Assembly: GCA_039925325.1 (NCBI GenBank)
Contig: JBDSZD010000095.1
Location: 1-53,892, forward strand
Length of the DNA stretch: 53,892 nucleotides
Direction: 5' to 3'
DNA from: Sphingomicrobium sp.
GTDB lineage: Bacteria; Pseudomonadota; Alphaproteobacteria; Sphingomonadales; Sphingomonadaceae
Positions 1-10,221 of this stretch are shown here, one piece after another. The notes below the pieces were generated by a model, which was not told the DNA's origin, did not search any database, and was given only the letters and a program-made list of their open reading frames with translations. Both the position numbers and the translations under genes were made by a program. Positions within the stretch are counted from its first letter, which is position 1. Each line of letters opens with the position of its first letter.

Positions 1-781
1 CGGCGAGCGGGGTGGTTGTGTGCTGGCGGATCAGCCGGAAGCTGTCCTGATTGTCCGCAACGACTGCATCCTCCAGCCAGAAGGGGCGATAGGGCTCGAG
101 GTCCTTGCCCAGCCGCCCGGCCTCGATAGGCGTCAGGCGATGGTGAACGTCGTGGAGCAAGTGAACGTCCCAACCGAGCGCTTCGCGACCCGCCGCGAAC
201 AACTCCGGGACGACGCGCATATATTTGGACGTCGACCAGACGTTTTCGCTCGGCAAATCGGCATCGGCGGGCTCGTAGAAGAATTTGTCCTTCGACACGC
301 CATAAGTGGAGGCCATGCTCGGAACGCCGCACTGCAGACGGATCGCCTTGTACCCGAGCGATTGATATTCGCGTGCGCGCTCGATCGTATCTTCGACCGT
401 GGTTCCGTTGGCGTGGCCATAAACCATCACCCCTTCACGCGAAGCGCCGCCAAGCAATTGGTAAAGCGGTAACCCGGCAACTTTCCCCTTGATGTCCCAC
501 AATGCCATATCGACGGCTGCAATTGCCGACATCGTAACGGGCCCACGACGCCAGTAAGCGCCCCGGTAAAGGAATTGCCAGATATCCTCGATCCGCTGTG
601 CATCGCGTCCGATCAGGCAGGGGATCACATGGTCCGTGAGATAGCTGGCCACCGACAGTTCGCGCCCGTTGAGAGTCGCATCGCCAACGCCGCGAACACC
701 GTCCGACGTCTCGATGACCAAAGTCACGAAATTCCGGCCCGGGCAGGTGACGACGACTCTCGCGGATGTGATCTTCAGCAA
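1..781 (-). CDS. manD: D-mannonate dehydratase ManD/RspA (enolase superfamily), 3' end beyond the window
   Basis: Not in the ORF track because no stop lies in the window. Manual minus-strand translation from TTG at 781 gives (M)[27 protein letters not shown]...[25 protein letters not shown]...[13 protein letters not shown], the ManD signature. Confidence 0.93.
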   Translation of the reverse strand, partial: MLKITSARVVVTCPGRNFVTLVIETSDGVRGVGDATLNGRELSVASYLTDHVIPCLIGRDAQRIEDIWQFLYRGAYWRRGPVTMSAIAAVDMALWDIKGKVAGLPLYQLLGGASREGVMVYGHANGTTVEDTIERAREYQSLGYKAIRLQCGVPSMASTYGVSKDKFFYEPADADLPSENVWSTSKYMRVVPELFAAGREALGWDVHLLHDVHHRLTPIEAGRLGKDLEPYRPFWLEDAVVADNQDSFRLIRQHTTTPLA

Positions 782-831
782 TTGAACCCCCAAAAAAGAA
801 CCGAGGCGACTTACGCCCCGCTAGCCTGACG

Positions 832-2040
832 TCAGCGCTCCAGCCGCTCAAGCATTGAACGAATCAAGATTCGCACCGCGGACTCGCTGGCAAGGCCCCC
901 GCGGATCAGGCAGCGATCGACCAGCACGCGGCGGAAAGCCGAAAAGACGCCGGGCTCCGGCCGAGTCGGATTTGCCCAGAAAGTGTCAAGATGTCCCTGA
1001 TGGGTCAGCCCGGGCATATCGTAAATTGCTTCGCCGATCGTGCACACTGCACGCCCATGTGCGAGCGCAAGTGTCGCGGAAGTGCTGTTTACGCAAACCA
1101 TCCCGCGCGTGCGCTGAGCCATTTCGTCCAGATCCCCACCATCGACGAAATGCAGCCGCCCCTGCAACCGGGGACGGCGCGCTTCACGACGAACGAACGC
1201 AGGCCAGTTGAACAAGCTCGAGTCGAGTGGATGGGCTTTCAGGAGCAGATGCTCGTTCGGAGGCGCGTGAATCGCAAAGCTTTCGATCACATATCGCGCC
1301 GCACTTTGCATTTCGGGAAAGGAGGAGTGCGCCTTGATCTGATAGTCATCGGACAGCTGTAGGGGCAGAAGAAAATAAGACTTGCCTTCAAGCTCGGCGA
1401 TGACGCGGTCCGCCGCCGCCTGTCGCGCCCGCCGGCGTACGAACTTCCACAGCCATCCGAGGCCTTCCAGCAAGATCGGCGTCGAGCGGTGCGACCGGTA
1501 ATGCCAATATTTTAGCCGACCGACGAGTACATGATGATAATACCAATAGGAATCATGTGCCCGGCGCCGGAAACTCGATGTGACCCGCGGCGTGTTGCAC
1601 TCGCGCGGGAGGCGTCTGGCTTCCTCAACAAACCAGTCTTTGTCGCGCGGCAAAGTCGACCTGGCGTTGACCCCATCGCGTTCGAGAGTCATCCAGTGGG
1701 GGCGAAGGTAGCCTTCTTCCAGGACGTGAATTCTAACGCCCCGGGAAGCGGCTATCCCATGCGCCGAAACATGATGAGGACGGCAATCCCCGAACAGCAA
1801 AAGGTCGGTGATTTGATGTTCGATCAGGAACTTGTCGAAGAACACCGGCCATTCGGAGAAACGACCGCGAAAATCCGTCGCGCCTTCCGGCCAGTCGAGC
1901 CGGTCGCCTCCACTCAGATTGATCCGGTGGACCGCCGTTCCCTTTGCGGTCATGGCTTCGCCGAGCCGACGGAACAAGGGTCCGGGCGGCCCCTGAAGAA
2001 AAGCGAATGCCGACTTCGCGTCCGCCTTAGTCACCGCCAC
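832..2040 (-). CDS. kpsS: Capsule beta-Kdo transferase KpsS (capsular polysaccharide export/modification protein)
   Basis: Motifs FLQGPPGPLF, LEEGYLRPHWMTLERDGVN, PLQLSDDYQI, KAHPLD, NSTSA. The ORF is open to 2157, but a start at GTG 2040/2034 overlapping the kpsC stop is more likely. Confidence 0.9.
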   Translation of the reverse strand: MAVTKADAKSAFAFLQGPPGPLFRRLGEAMTAKGTAVHRINLSGGDRLDWPEGATDFRGRFSEWPVFFDKFLIEHQITDLLLFGDCRPHHVSAHGIAASRGVRIHVLEEGYLRPHWMTLERDGVNARSTLPRDKDWFVEEARRLPRECNTPRVTSSFRRRAHDSYWYYHHVLVGRLKYWHYRSHRSTPILLEGLGWLWKFVRRRARQAAADRVIAELEGKSYFLLPLQLSDDYQIKAHSSFPEMQSAARYVIESFAIHAPPNEHLLLKAHPLDSSLFNWPAFVRREARRPRLQGRLHFVDGGDLDEMAQRTRGMVCVNSTSATLALAHGRAVCTIGEAIYDMPGLTHQGHLDTFWANPTRPEPGVFSAFRRVLVDRCLIRGGLASESAVRILIRSMLERLER

Positions 2041-3695
2041 CGGAAGGTCGCCAGCAGGCGCTTCAATCGTCCCTGCAGCCTGCGCAGGTGCACGATCGAC
2101 CCCTTTCGGTGCGAGGAAGTCTGCGATAGTCGCTGAATAAGAATTTCTGGTGGGCATGGGAGACCGGTCTCAGGATCTAGATAGCGCGGATAGATAAGCA
2201 AGACGGCAGCTACAAGTTCATCCAATGTTCGCCGCCTGGTGCGGCGGTCAGGCACAGGACCCAAATCGCGCGTCAGTCCCCAGCCCGCATAGAATGGAAC
2301 ACCATGGGTCGTCACGGCTTTTCCGCGCATCAACGCCTCGAAGCCCGCCAGGGATGTGTTGACATGCACTTCGTCGACCATGTCGATCAGATCGGAAATG
2401 CCGTCGTTGCGAACGATCTCATCCGCAATCGCCAAGACAGTTTTGTCGGGAATGGCGCCGATCCGATGACCGGCTTCGACATCCGGATGCGGTTTGTAGA
2501 GAATGTGTGCGTTGGGTGCGGCGGCACGAGCACGTTGCAGTAACGTCAAATTATTCTTTACCTCGCCGCCGCCCTCCAAGACCGAGCGGTCGTCCTCGAC
2601 TTGGCCTGTCACAAGCAGATGTCTCAAACCATCGACGCTTCGGGAGGCACTGCTCCGTTGAGCGCCATATTTGCTAACGCCCGACGAGACGATCAATTCT
2701 CTCAGGCGGCGGGCCCGAGCGACGACGTCCTCAGAGAATTCGCCTTCCTCAAGCAACACCTCGAGCTGACTGGGCTTGGCGGGATTGAAATGCACCCCAA
2801 GCGGATCGACCACGATCGACAGGGGGGGGATGCAGTCAGCCCCAAGGCCTGCGGAACGCACGAACCCATCCTCAACTTCGATGAGATGTGCTTGCTTGGC
2901 AGCAAGTTCCGACAATGTGCCGTCGGAAATACGCGAGCGCCAGACAGCGACCCGCTCTCCTGGACGTAGGCTTGTTGCGCGCGCCCTGAAACGGACCTTC
3001 GATCCCGACCATAGCAAGGGGGCGACTGCAGACCGTTTCCACTGCGCGAACCCGAAAGCTGCGGCAATCTCGCGATTGCCATCAATGAGGTGCCGCCAAA
3101 AACTACAGACCGCAATTGCGTCCTCCACAGCGGTCCCGGTCCCGGTGAACGGGTTAAGGTAACGAACGCCATCGAGGCACGTCACTCTTACTGCGTCATG
3201 GAGCGCATTAAGCGTCGACTGCCCGAGGTTGTTGAACATGCCTTCGCCGACGCAGCGTACGGGAACTCCGCAGATAGCCGCGATCAGCGCCAATTCATGG
3301 TCCGCATCAACGACTGCTTCGCTGGCGCCCGCAAGCAAGTGCCAAGGGTCACAAAGGCCCGACACCGAATGCGTGTTGGGCCGTCTGGAATCGGCCTGGC
3401 CCGACCTGGACTCCACCCAGCTCAGTACCTGTTGACCCTCAGGAAATTCAACAAGGAGCTGCGAGCGCAGCTCAGGACTACGCACGCGCACCAGAGAGTA
3501 AGGCGCAGTTGGGAGGTTCGGCTGCGCGCCCCAAAAGGTACCGCCCACCCGAGCCTCGGACAGCGCGCGCAACACGCGATCCACTTCCGCCTGAGACGCA
3601 GGTGGTCCGTGTGAGGTACGTTCCGAGAGCGCGATGCGTCGAGATCCTGGAAAAGGAGGAACCTTTAGAAATGCGAAAGGCTCGGGCGCGATCAT
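2031..3695 (-). CDS. kpsC: Capsule beta-Kdo transferase KpsC (GT107)
   Basis: C-terminal half has EDGFVRSAGLGA, GQVEDDRS, YKPHPD, SLAGFEALMRGK, PFYAGWGLT, YPRY. Adjacent to kpsS. Start at ATG 3695 chosen (ORF open to 3737). Confidence 0.9.
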   Translation of the reverse strand: MIAPEPFAFLKVPPFPGSRRIALSERTSHGPPASQAEVDRVLRALSEARVGGTFWGAQPNLPTAPYSLVRVRSPELRSQLLVEFPEGQQVLSWVESRSGQADSRRPNTHSVSGLCDPWHLLAGASEAVVDADHELALIAAICGVPVRCVGEGMFNNLGQSTLNALHDAVRVTCLDGVRYLNPFTGTGTAVEDAIAVCSFWRHLIDGNREIAAAFGFAQWKRSAVAPLLWSGSKVRFRARATSLRPGERVAVWRSRISDGTLSELAAKQAHLIEVEDGFVRSAGLGADCIPPLSIVVDPLGVHFNPAKPSQLEVLLEEGEFSEDVVARARRLRELIVSSGVSKYGAQRSSASRSVDGLRHLLVTGQVEDDRSVLEGGGEVKNNLTLLQRARAAAPNAHILYKPHPDVEAGHRIGAIPDKTVLAIADEIVRNDGISDLIDMVDEVHVNTSLAGFEALMRGKAVTTHGVPFYAGWGLTRDLGPVPDRRTRRRTLDELVAAVLLIYPRYLDPETGLPCPPEILIQRLSQTSSHRKGSIVHLRRLQGRLKRLLATFRWR

Positions 3696-3773
3696 CGACA
3701 CCTGATCACCCTGCCCTTGCCAAGCGTGCCTTTGCAACCGGGCAGCGGGCGAGCCGGGCGTTGCAACACGAGC

Positions 3774-4637
3774 CTATTGCATCAGCTGCGCAAGATAGCT
3801 CGCATATTCGCTCTTGCCTAACCGCGACATCGCCCGGTGCAATCCGGCATCATCTATGAAACCGTTGCGCCACGCGATTTCCTCGGGACACGCGATTTTC
3901 ATGCCCTGGCGCCGTTCCAGCGTTGCAACGAACTCAGCTGCCTCGAGCAGACTGTCCGGAGTGCCGGTATCCAGCCACGCATAGCCACGACCGAGGACTT
4001 CGACGTTCAACTGGCCACGATCGAGGTAGACTCGGTTCACGTCGGTAATCTCAAACTCGCCACGGGCGGACGGCCTGATGTTGGCGGCAATGTCAACGAC
4101 CTGCTCATCATAGAAATATAATCCGGTCACCGCCCAGCTGGACGCGGGTCGGGTCGGTTTTTCCTCAATGCTCAGGGCGCGCATACTGTCGTCGAATGTC
4201 ACCACGCCGTACCGCTCTGGGTCTGCGACCCGGTACGCGAACACCGTCGCACCCGACAGTCGGTGCCGGGCATCGACTAGCACCTCGGACAGGCCGTGCC
4301 CGAAAAAGATATTGTCACCGAGCACCAGGCAGGACGGGCCGCCCGCCACGAACTGCGCACCGATGGTAAATGCCTGCGCTAGCCCCTTGGGTTCCGGCTG
4401 CACCGCGTAGGACAGGGCCATGCCCCATTGTGAACCATCGCCAAGCAAATGCTGGAATTCCGGCGCGTCGTGCGGCGTGGTGATGATCAGGACCTCGCGG
4501 ATCCCCGTGAGCATCAATGCACTCAGCGGGTAATAGATCATCGGCTTGTCATAGACCGGCATCAGTTGCTTCGACACAGCAAGAGTCATCGGAAACAGGC
4601 GCGATCCGCTTCCTCCTGCGAGGATAATTCCCTTCAT
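3774..4637 (-). CDS. rfbA: Glucose-1-phosphate thymidylyltransferase RmlA
   Basis: [42 protein letters not shown]. Confidence 0.97.
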   Translation of the reverse strand: MKGIILAGGSGSRLFPMTLAVSKQLMPVYDKPMIYYPLSALMLTGIREVLIITTPHDAPEFQHLLGDGSQWGMALSYAVQPEPKGLAQAFTIGAQFVAGGPSCLVLGDNIFFGHGLSEVLVDARHRLSGATVFAYRVADPERYGVVTFDDSMRALSIEEKPTRPASSWAVTGLYFYDEQVVDIAANIRPSARGEFEITDVNRVYLDRGQLNVEVLGRGYAWLDTGTPDSLLEAAEFVATLERRQGMKIACPEEIAWRNGFIDDAGLHRAMSRLGKSEYASYLAQLMQ

Positions 4638-4650
4638 TGATGCACTTTCT

Positions 4651-5544
4651 TCATGCTTTGAGTTCTTCCAGCAGCCGCCCGACCACAGGGGGCAGCGAAA
4701 GCCGCCAATCCGGCAGCCTCACGCCATGAAACTGTGCAAGCTTGCCACAATCGAGCCGAGAGTTCGCTGGCCGGACCGCCGCAGTGGGGTAAAGGCTGGT
4801 CGGGATCGATTGAACCTCGGCGCTGGGCCCGCCCCGGGCAGCGGACACGGTGAAGATTGCCTCCGCAAACTGCGCCCAACTGGCCTGGCCTGACCCCGTC
4901 ATGTGAAAAATACCGCGCTGGTCGGCACGGGTGCCGGCAATCAAGTTGCTCGCGACCGCAAGGACGCCGTCAGCAATATCCAGTGCGTTCGTCGGGTTGC
5001 CATACTGGTCGGCGACGACTCGGACGGCCGGGCGATCGGTTGCCAACCGCAGCATAGTCTTCACGAAATTGTCGCCGAACGGACTGTAGACCCAGGCGGT
5101 GCGCAGGACGGTGACATTGTCATGAGCCTCCAAAACGGCTCGCTCCCCCGCCAGCTTCGACGCTCCATAGACGCCCGTTGGACCGGCTTCGTCGGTCTCG
5201 ACATATGGCGATGGCTTGGAGCCATCGAAAACATAATCGGTGGAAAGATGAACGAGCGGAAGCCCCATCCGCCGGGCCGCGTGAGCGATCGCTGCCGGTC
5301 CGGCCGCGTTCACGGCAAAGGCACTTTCGTGGTCCTCCTCTGCTCGATCGACCGCAGTGTAGGCGGCGGCAGAGACGATTGCATCGGCATCCACGGCCAG
5401 TGCAGCGGCCGAAATCGCGGCTTGGTCGCCGGCCAGATCGAGTTCTGGACGCCCCAAGGCAACCATTTCGTGGCCCAGCGCTGCCCCACGCTCGATCAAT
5501 GAGCGGGCCACTTGCCCTCTGCGACCAGTGATCAATATCCTCAG
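4651..5544 (-). CDS. rfbD: dTDP-4-dehydrorhamnose reductase RmlD
   Basis: [41 protein letters not shown]. Likely CTG start at 5544 behind AAGGGAG; the track start is TTG 5535. Confidence 0.95.
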   Translation of the reverse strand: MRILITGRRGQVARSLIERGAALGHEMVALGRPELDLAGDQAAISAAALAVDADAIVSAAAYTAVDRAEEDHESAFAVNAAGPAAIAHAARRMGLPLVHLSTDYVFDGSKPSPYVETDEAGPTGVYGASKLAGERAVLEAHDNVTVLRTAWVYSPFGDNFVKTMLRLATDRPAVRVVADQYGNPTNALDIADGVLAVASNLIAGTRADQRGIFHMTGSGQASWAQFAEAIFTVSAARGGPSAEVQSIPTSLYPTAAVRPANSRLDCGKLAQFHGVRLPDWRLSLPPVVGRLLEELKA

Positions 5545-5556
5545 CGGTGGACTCCC

Positions 5557-6615
5557 TTAGCCCTGCGCAGACTGGAGCAAACCCAGCCGCTGCCCGGAAT
5601 AACGGTCGCGCAGCGGCTGCCACCACCATGCATTATCGAGGTACCACCCAACGGTCTTCGCGATGCCGCTCTCAAAATCCTCTTTCGCGCGCCAGCCGAT
5701 CTCGCTTTCGAGTTTGCTCGCGTCGATCGCATAGCGGGCATCATGTCCGGGCCGGTCGGGTACAAAGTGGATCAATTCCGTACGCGGCCGATCCGCAGGT
5801 GCGAGCTGGTCAAGGACCGCGCAAATGCGATGCACGACATCGATGTTGCGCCGTTCATTGCGCCCACCGACGTTGTAAGTTTCGCCGACCCGGCCCCGGT
5901 CTGCGATCATGTCGAGAGCGCGGGCATGGTCTTCGACATAGAGCCAGTCCCGGACATTCTCGCCCTTGCCGTACACCGGCAGACGCTCACCGGCCAAGGC
6001 GTTGAGGATCGTCAGCGGAATGAGCTTTTCAGGGAAGTGGTACGGCCCGTAATTGTTCGAGCAGTTCGATACGACGACCGGTAATCCGTAAGTGCGGTGC
6101 CAGGCTTTCACAAGGTGGTCCGACGACGCCTTCGATGCGGAGTAAGGAGAACTCGGATCGTAAGGCGTTTCCTCAGTGAACAGCCCTTTGTCCCCCAGCG
6201 ATCCATAGACCTCATCGGTGGATACGTGCAGGAATCGGAACGCTTCCTTCTGAGCGCCTATCAGACCAGCCCAGTAGCCGCGCGCAGTCTCCAGCAAAGT
6301 GAACGTGCCGACGACATTAGTCTGAACGAAATCGGCCGCGCCGGTGATCGACCGGTCGACATGACTTTCGGCCGCCAAGTGCATGATTCTATCCGGCCTG
6401 AACTCCGAGACTGCCAGTTCCATCGCGGCCCGGTCGCGGATGTCGGCCTGCAGAAAGCGATAGTTCGCCTTGCCGTCGACGTCGCGCAGCGAAGCGAGGT
6501 TCCCCGCATAGGTCAGCGCGTCGACATTCAGCACCTCATCGCCCTTGACGAGCACGAGGTGCCTCACCAGCGCCGATCCGATGAATCCGGCTCCGCCGGT
6601 CACGATTACGCGCAT
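5557..6615 (-). CDS. rfbB: dTDP-glucose 4,6-dehydratase RmlB
   Basis: [49 protein letters not shown]. Start at ATG 6615. Confidence 0.97.
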   Translation of the reverse strand: MRVIVTGGAGFIGSALVRHLVLVKGDEVLNVDALTYAGNLASLRDVDGKANYRFLQADIRDRAAMELAVSEFRPDRIMHLAAESHVDRSITGAADFVQTNVVGTFTLLETARGYWAGLIGAQKEAFRFLHVSTDEVYGSLGDKGLFTEETPYDPSSPYSASKASSDHLVKAWHRTYGLPVVVSNCSNNYGPYHFPEKLIPLTILNALAGERLPVYGKGENVRDWLYVEDHARALDMIADRGRVGETYNVGGRNERRNIDVVHRICAVLDQLAPADRPRTELIHFVPDRPGHDARYAIDASKLESEIGWRAKEDFESGIAKTVGWYLDNAWWWQPLRDRYSGQRLGLLQSAQG

Positions 6616-6617
6616 TT

Positions 6618-6674
6618 TTAAGCGCCCTTTAGTGAAAAATATCGCGGTAGATCGACGAGCGGTGACTGCACGCG
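6618..6674 (-). pseudogene. Remnant of an rmlC 3' end directly upstream of rmlB
   Basis: Minus-strand frame reads [18 protein letters not shown], with the stop 2 nt before the rmlB ATG. It aligns with the end of the intact RmlC (RSQPRLAHLPQYFK*) at 7 of 13 residues. Confidence 0.6.
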
Positions 6675-6687
6675 AGTCCGTGCAGTC
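6664..6687. repeat. Perfect 9-bp inverted repeat GACTGCACG-N6-CGTGCAGTC
   Basis: Read directly. The loop contains a GANTC (GAGTC) site, and the repeat lies where the rmlC-like remnant begins. Confidence 0.75.
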
Positions 6688-6858
6688 CAACTAACAATTG
6701 CCATTCTATTCCTGCGTTTTAAGTCTGCGCATCGAAGGGACCCGCTTAGCCATTCGCAAATCTATTGCAACGAAAAGGAAGGCCGCGCCGAACGTGCGGT
6801 GTCTTTGGAAAGGCGCACTTCGTAAGCCTGGGTCTCACAGTGATATCATCATCTCGGA

Positions 6859-8157
6859 TCAGATTGGATTAAGTCTGGACGCTCCTGGCAAAAGGTTCGT
6901 GACTCGATTATTCCAGTCGTCGACAAAAGCTTGCGTGGAGTGCAGGTGAATTAGCGAATAATTGTGCTCTAATGCAGGCCAGAGGTCCATTAGACCGCTA
7001 TTTAATTCTCGATGGCCCAGCGATGCCAGTCGTTCGAATTCCCGATATGTCTCCGCCATGCGAAGGTTATCATCCTCGATATCGTCGTAGTTCTCATTTA
7101 TGAATGGCGCAAAAGTTTTAAACCCGATGCTTCTAAGGCCTTTTAATGCCCTGTAATTTCCAAAATATACAAAGGGCGACAAATTCATAAACGACTTAAA
7201 AGCAATAGGCGTGTGAAATTCTGTTCCAACATCGTTGAAACTAGTGTCGAGAACCACGCTGAAATAGGTTTGATCATATATATCCGGATTTGGGGAGGCC
7301 CAGGGCAACAGTAACTTGAACTTGAGCCCCTCCCGAGCGCCGGCCCGCGATATGTCGATTGTAAGCGGCAGGCTCCCAAGAAAATCCCGTATATGCGGCA
7401 TAAGGCGCTCGGCATCCGGGAAGCGTCCGATCTGCGCCGCAATTTGATCTTCGGATGGACTGTCAGCAGCTTCGTGACCAAGAAGTGAGATGAAACCTTG
7501 TGACTTATAGCCGTCGGCTATCATCCGAAGGATGACGTAAGTGCGATGCGGCCGGCCCTTGCCGTTGAACGTCACAAACGTTTTTGCCCTCTCGCGCCCA
7601 ATCATGTCCCTGGCGCGCTGCGCGCGGGCTTCCAGGCGAGCGAAATCATGACCAGCGGCCCGGTTATGAGCATTGATGAGCCAGAAGCACCCATTGTAGG
7701 GGATCACGTGAGCCCGTTCGGAGATGCCCAAGTCGTCAGCAAGCAAATCGTAACGCTTTTTTGACAAAAGGTTTCCGTTAAGGAGCACCACCCGATCCGG
7801 CTTTAAGCCGGCAATTTCCATTCCTTCGTGGAACCGCCGAACCATGTCTTGACGCCCAAAAAAGGCTTCAACGATATGATCGATCAGGAGATACCCTCCC
7901 CTTTCCTCTATCTTCCTCCAAGCATCTTTCTGAAGGAAGTCGTAGATAAATATCCCGCTGGCATTTCCCTTGGAGCTGTTGTCGGGGCTTAGCCGGTACG
8001 GACTGCCAAGATGCAAGGGGTAAAACATTCCGTCTTCCGCGCCCGGCGGAAGACGATTCAGAAGACCGTTACCCATTTTCTCAAATAAAAGAGTGAGATA
8101 ATGAGGATGAACTTTCCGGGTTTGAGGGTCATCGTCGATAAATACACGAAGGGGCAT
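6859..8157 (-). CDS. Hypothetical protein, probable GT-B-fold glycosyltransferase-like
   Basis: 432-aa AT-rich ORF co-oriented with gmd-fcl-STELLO. Contains FNGKGRPHR, YFSVVLDT, PFVYFGN..ALKGLRSIGFKTF..INENYD. Confidence 0.7.
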   Translation of the reverse strand: MPLRVFIDDDPQTRKVHPHYLTLLFEKMGNGLLNRLPPGAEDGMFYPLHLGSPYRLSPDNSSKGNASGIFIYDFLQKDAWRKIEERGGYLLIDHIVEAFFGRQDMVRRFHEGMEIAGLKPDRVVLLNGNLLSKKRYDLLADDLGISERAHVIPYNGCFWLINAHNRAAGHDFARLEARAQRARDMIGRERAKTFVTFNGKGRPHRTYVILRMIADGYKSQGFISLLGHEAADSPSEDQIAAQIGRFPDAERLMPHIRDFLGSLPLTIDISRAGAREGLKFKLLLPWASPNPDIYDQTYFSVVLDTSFNDVGTEFHTPIAFKSFMNLSPFVYFGNYRALKGLRSIGFKTFAPFINENYDDIEDDNLRMAETYREFERLASLGHRELNSGLMDLWPALEHNYSLIHLHSTQAFVDDWNNRVTNLLPGASRLNPI

Positions 8158-8160
8158 GAC

Positions 8161-9168
8161 CTAGGCTTGGCTCACAATCGTGTCGTAGTCATGAAGCCAC
8201 GCCTTTAGTAGTCCGCGCTCGTCAGCCCCCACGAGCTCCATGCTTATGAGCAGCTCATAGCACAATTCGAGATCGCTAGCCATGGTCTCCGGTCGATCTC
8301 CGAGCTCAAGATCCAACAATCTCTGCCGAATTTCACGATTATTTTGATAGCCAACGACTTCGTCCCCGAAGTCTCGCATCAAGTTGTGCTCATTTCGATC
8401 TTGGTACACGGAGGCATCATGGAATAAGATGCCTTTGCCGTTTCCATAAAGTATGCGCTGGACCACGAAGCTCCGCCAAATGTCCGTCATTCGAAAAGAA
8501 CAATGAAACGGCAGATAAAGTAGAGGATATGCCTCGGGAAACCACCGAGTGTTTTGACTATTGAATGGGCACCACGCTTCACCGCGCGTGACGATTGGAC
8601 CACGATCGTCGAAATCTACCGGAAGCGTCATAGCCAGCCTGTAAATCGCGTCGACATCCGGATCTCCGTTCGCCAGCCCTTGATGGACCGGGCATTCGGT
8701 AAAATCGCTGGCAAGCGAGTTTTTAGGCAAAACCGGCTTCTGTATTTCGTCAAGCGGAAGGCCTCGGGGCCAAATCGGTCGGTCGGTAAAATAACGATAG
8801 ATATTCACCCAGCCCGGTTGATGGAGTGTCGGAGCGTGCTGCCTAAGCGGGCGTTCATCCCAAAAGTTCGCCAGCGGACGATTGTCGTCGTCCGTTTCGA
8901 CGATCGTCTCGGCTCCGTTGGCGATAGCTAAAAGATAGCCGACATTCTTTCGCGCGTAGTGCCCCGTCGGGACCGCTTCGGCGAATTTGAAGCCTGTCGC
9001 GAATTGCCGTTCCAGATCGTAATAATCCGCCCCTTCCAATTCGAATGAGGGAGGACTTTTGCGATCCCCGATAACCACCAAATGCCAGCCGTTTTTCGTG
9101 GCGCCGGAAGCGAGCTCGATAACGGCCGGTGTCGGTGCATTAATCGTGGTTATGACGAGGTGATGCAT
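8161..9168 (-). CDS. STELLO/DUF288-family glycosyltransferase-like protein
   Basis: VITTINAPT, VVIGDRKSP, YARKNVGYLLAI, ETDDDN, QGLANGDPDVDAIYRL, PFNSQNT, FRMTDIWRSF, QDRNEHNLMRDF. Confidence 0.85.
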   Translation of the reverse strand: MHHLVITTINAPTPAVIELASGATKNGWHLVVIGDRKSPPSFELEGADYYDLERQFATGFKFAEAVPTGHYARKNVGYLLAIANGAETIVETDDDNRPLANFWDERPLRQHAPTLHQPGWVNIYRYFTDRPIWPRGLPLDEIQKPVLPKNSLASDFTECPVHQGLANGDPDVDAIYRLAMTLPVDFDDRGPIVTRGEAWCPFNSQNTRWFPEAYPLLYLPFHCSFRMTDIWRSFVVQRILYGNGKGILFHDASVYQDRNEHNLMRDFGDEVVGYQNNREIRQRLLDLELGDRPETMASDLELCYELLISMELVGADERGLLKAWLHDYDTIVSQA

Positions 9169-9245
9169 TGCTCTGAATCTCTTTTGGCTTTGGAAGACGT
9201 GATCGCGCCGGCACCTCTACCCTTGATCGCGAAGCGGCGCGAGCG

Positions 9246-10217
9246 TCAGCGCCGCAACGTCGCCGTATTGTTCAAAAACCATTGATACGTCTCGGCTATT
9301 CCCGTTTCCAGCCCGATCTGGGCCTGCCAGCCGATGTTGCTGAGCCGGGAGACATCCATTAGCTTGCGCGGGGTCCCATCGGGCTTGGTCGGGTCCGTGA
9401 CGATGTTACCCTTGAATCCCACGATTTTCGCCGCCAACTGAGCCAGCTCCAAAATCGAAATGTCCGTCCCACAGCCCACGTTGACGTGGCTCAGCATGGG
9501 CCGCGTATTCGCATCGTAGTCAGCTTTGGCCAAATCCATGACGAACAGGGACGCCGCCGCCATGTCGTCCACGTGCAGAAACTCTCGCCGCGGGGCGCCG
9601 GTGCCCCAGATCACGACCTCCGGGTGTTCCTCGACCGCCGCCTCGTGAAAGCGTCGGATGAGCGCGGGCAGGACATGGCTATTCTCGGGGTGAAAATTGT
9701 CGCCGGGTCCGTAAAGGTTGGTAGGCATCACACTACGAAAGTCGACGCCATGCTGTCGGTTGTAGCTCTCGCAGAGCTTGATGCCGGCGATCTTGGCGAT
9801 GGCATAGGGTTCGTTCGTTGGCTCAAGTGGGCCGGTCAGCAGCGCATCTTCTGCCATCGGCTGTGGGGCGTCCTTGGGGTAGATGCAGGACGAGCCCAAT
9901 AGCAGAAGCTTCTTCACTCCGGCGGCGAAGGCCTGATGAATGACGTTGCACTCGATCATCAGGTTTTCATAAATAAAATCGGCCGGAAAGGTGCTGTTGG
10001 CGTGGATTCCGCCCACCTTCGCAGCTGCAAGGATAACAGCGTCGGGACGTTCGGCCTGCATGAACCGCTCGACCGCTGCCTGATCGATCAGGTCCAGTTC
10101 GCCATGGCTTCGGGTCAGAAGCTCGAGCGCCTCACCGCCCGCCTGGCGGGATTGAAGCCGGCGAAGGATGGCTCCCCCCACCATACCTTGATGACCTGCG
10201 ACGTAAATCTTCGTCAC
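9246..10217 (-). CDS. fcl: GDP-L-fucose synthase
   Basis: [59 protein letters not shown]. Confidence 0.97.
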   Translation of the reverse strand: MTKIYVAGHQGMVGGAILRRLQSRQAGGEALELLTRSHGELDLIDQAAVERFMQAERPDAVILAAAKVGGIHANSTFPADFIYENLMIECNVIHQAFAAGVKKLLLLGSSCIYPKDAPQPMAEDALLTGPLEPTNEPYAIAKIAGIKLCESYNRQHGVDFRSVMPTNLYGPGDNFHPENSHVLPALIRRFHEAAVEEHPEVVIWGTGAPRREFLHVDDMAAASLFVMDLAKADYDANTRPMLSHVNVGCGTDISILELAQLAAKIVGFKGNIVTDPTKPDGTPRKLMDVSRLSNIGWQAQIGLETGIAETYQWFLNNTATLRR

Positions 10218-10221
10218 TGGA

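Noticed and set aside
20-829. Plus-strand ORFs 20..472 and 575..829
   Set aside because: Antisense shadows of manD, which the track missed because it runs off the window.
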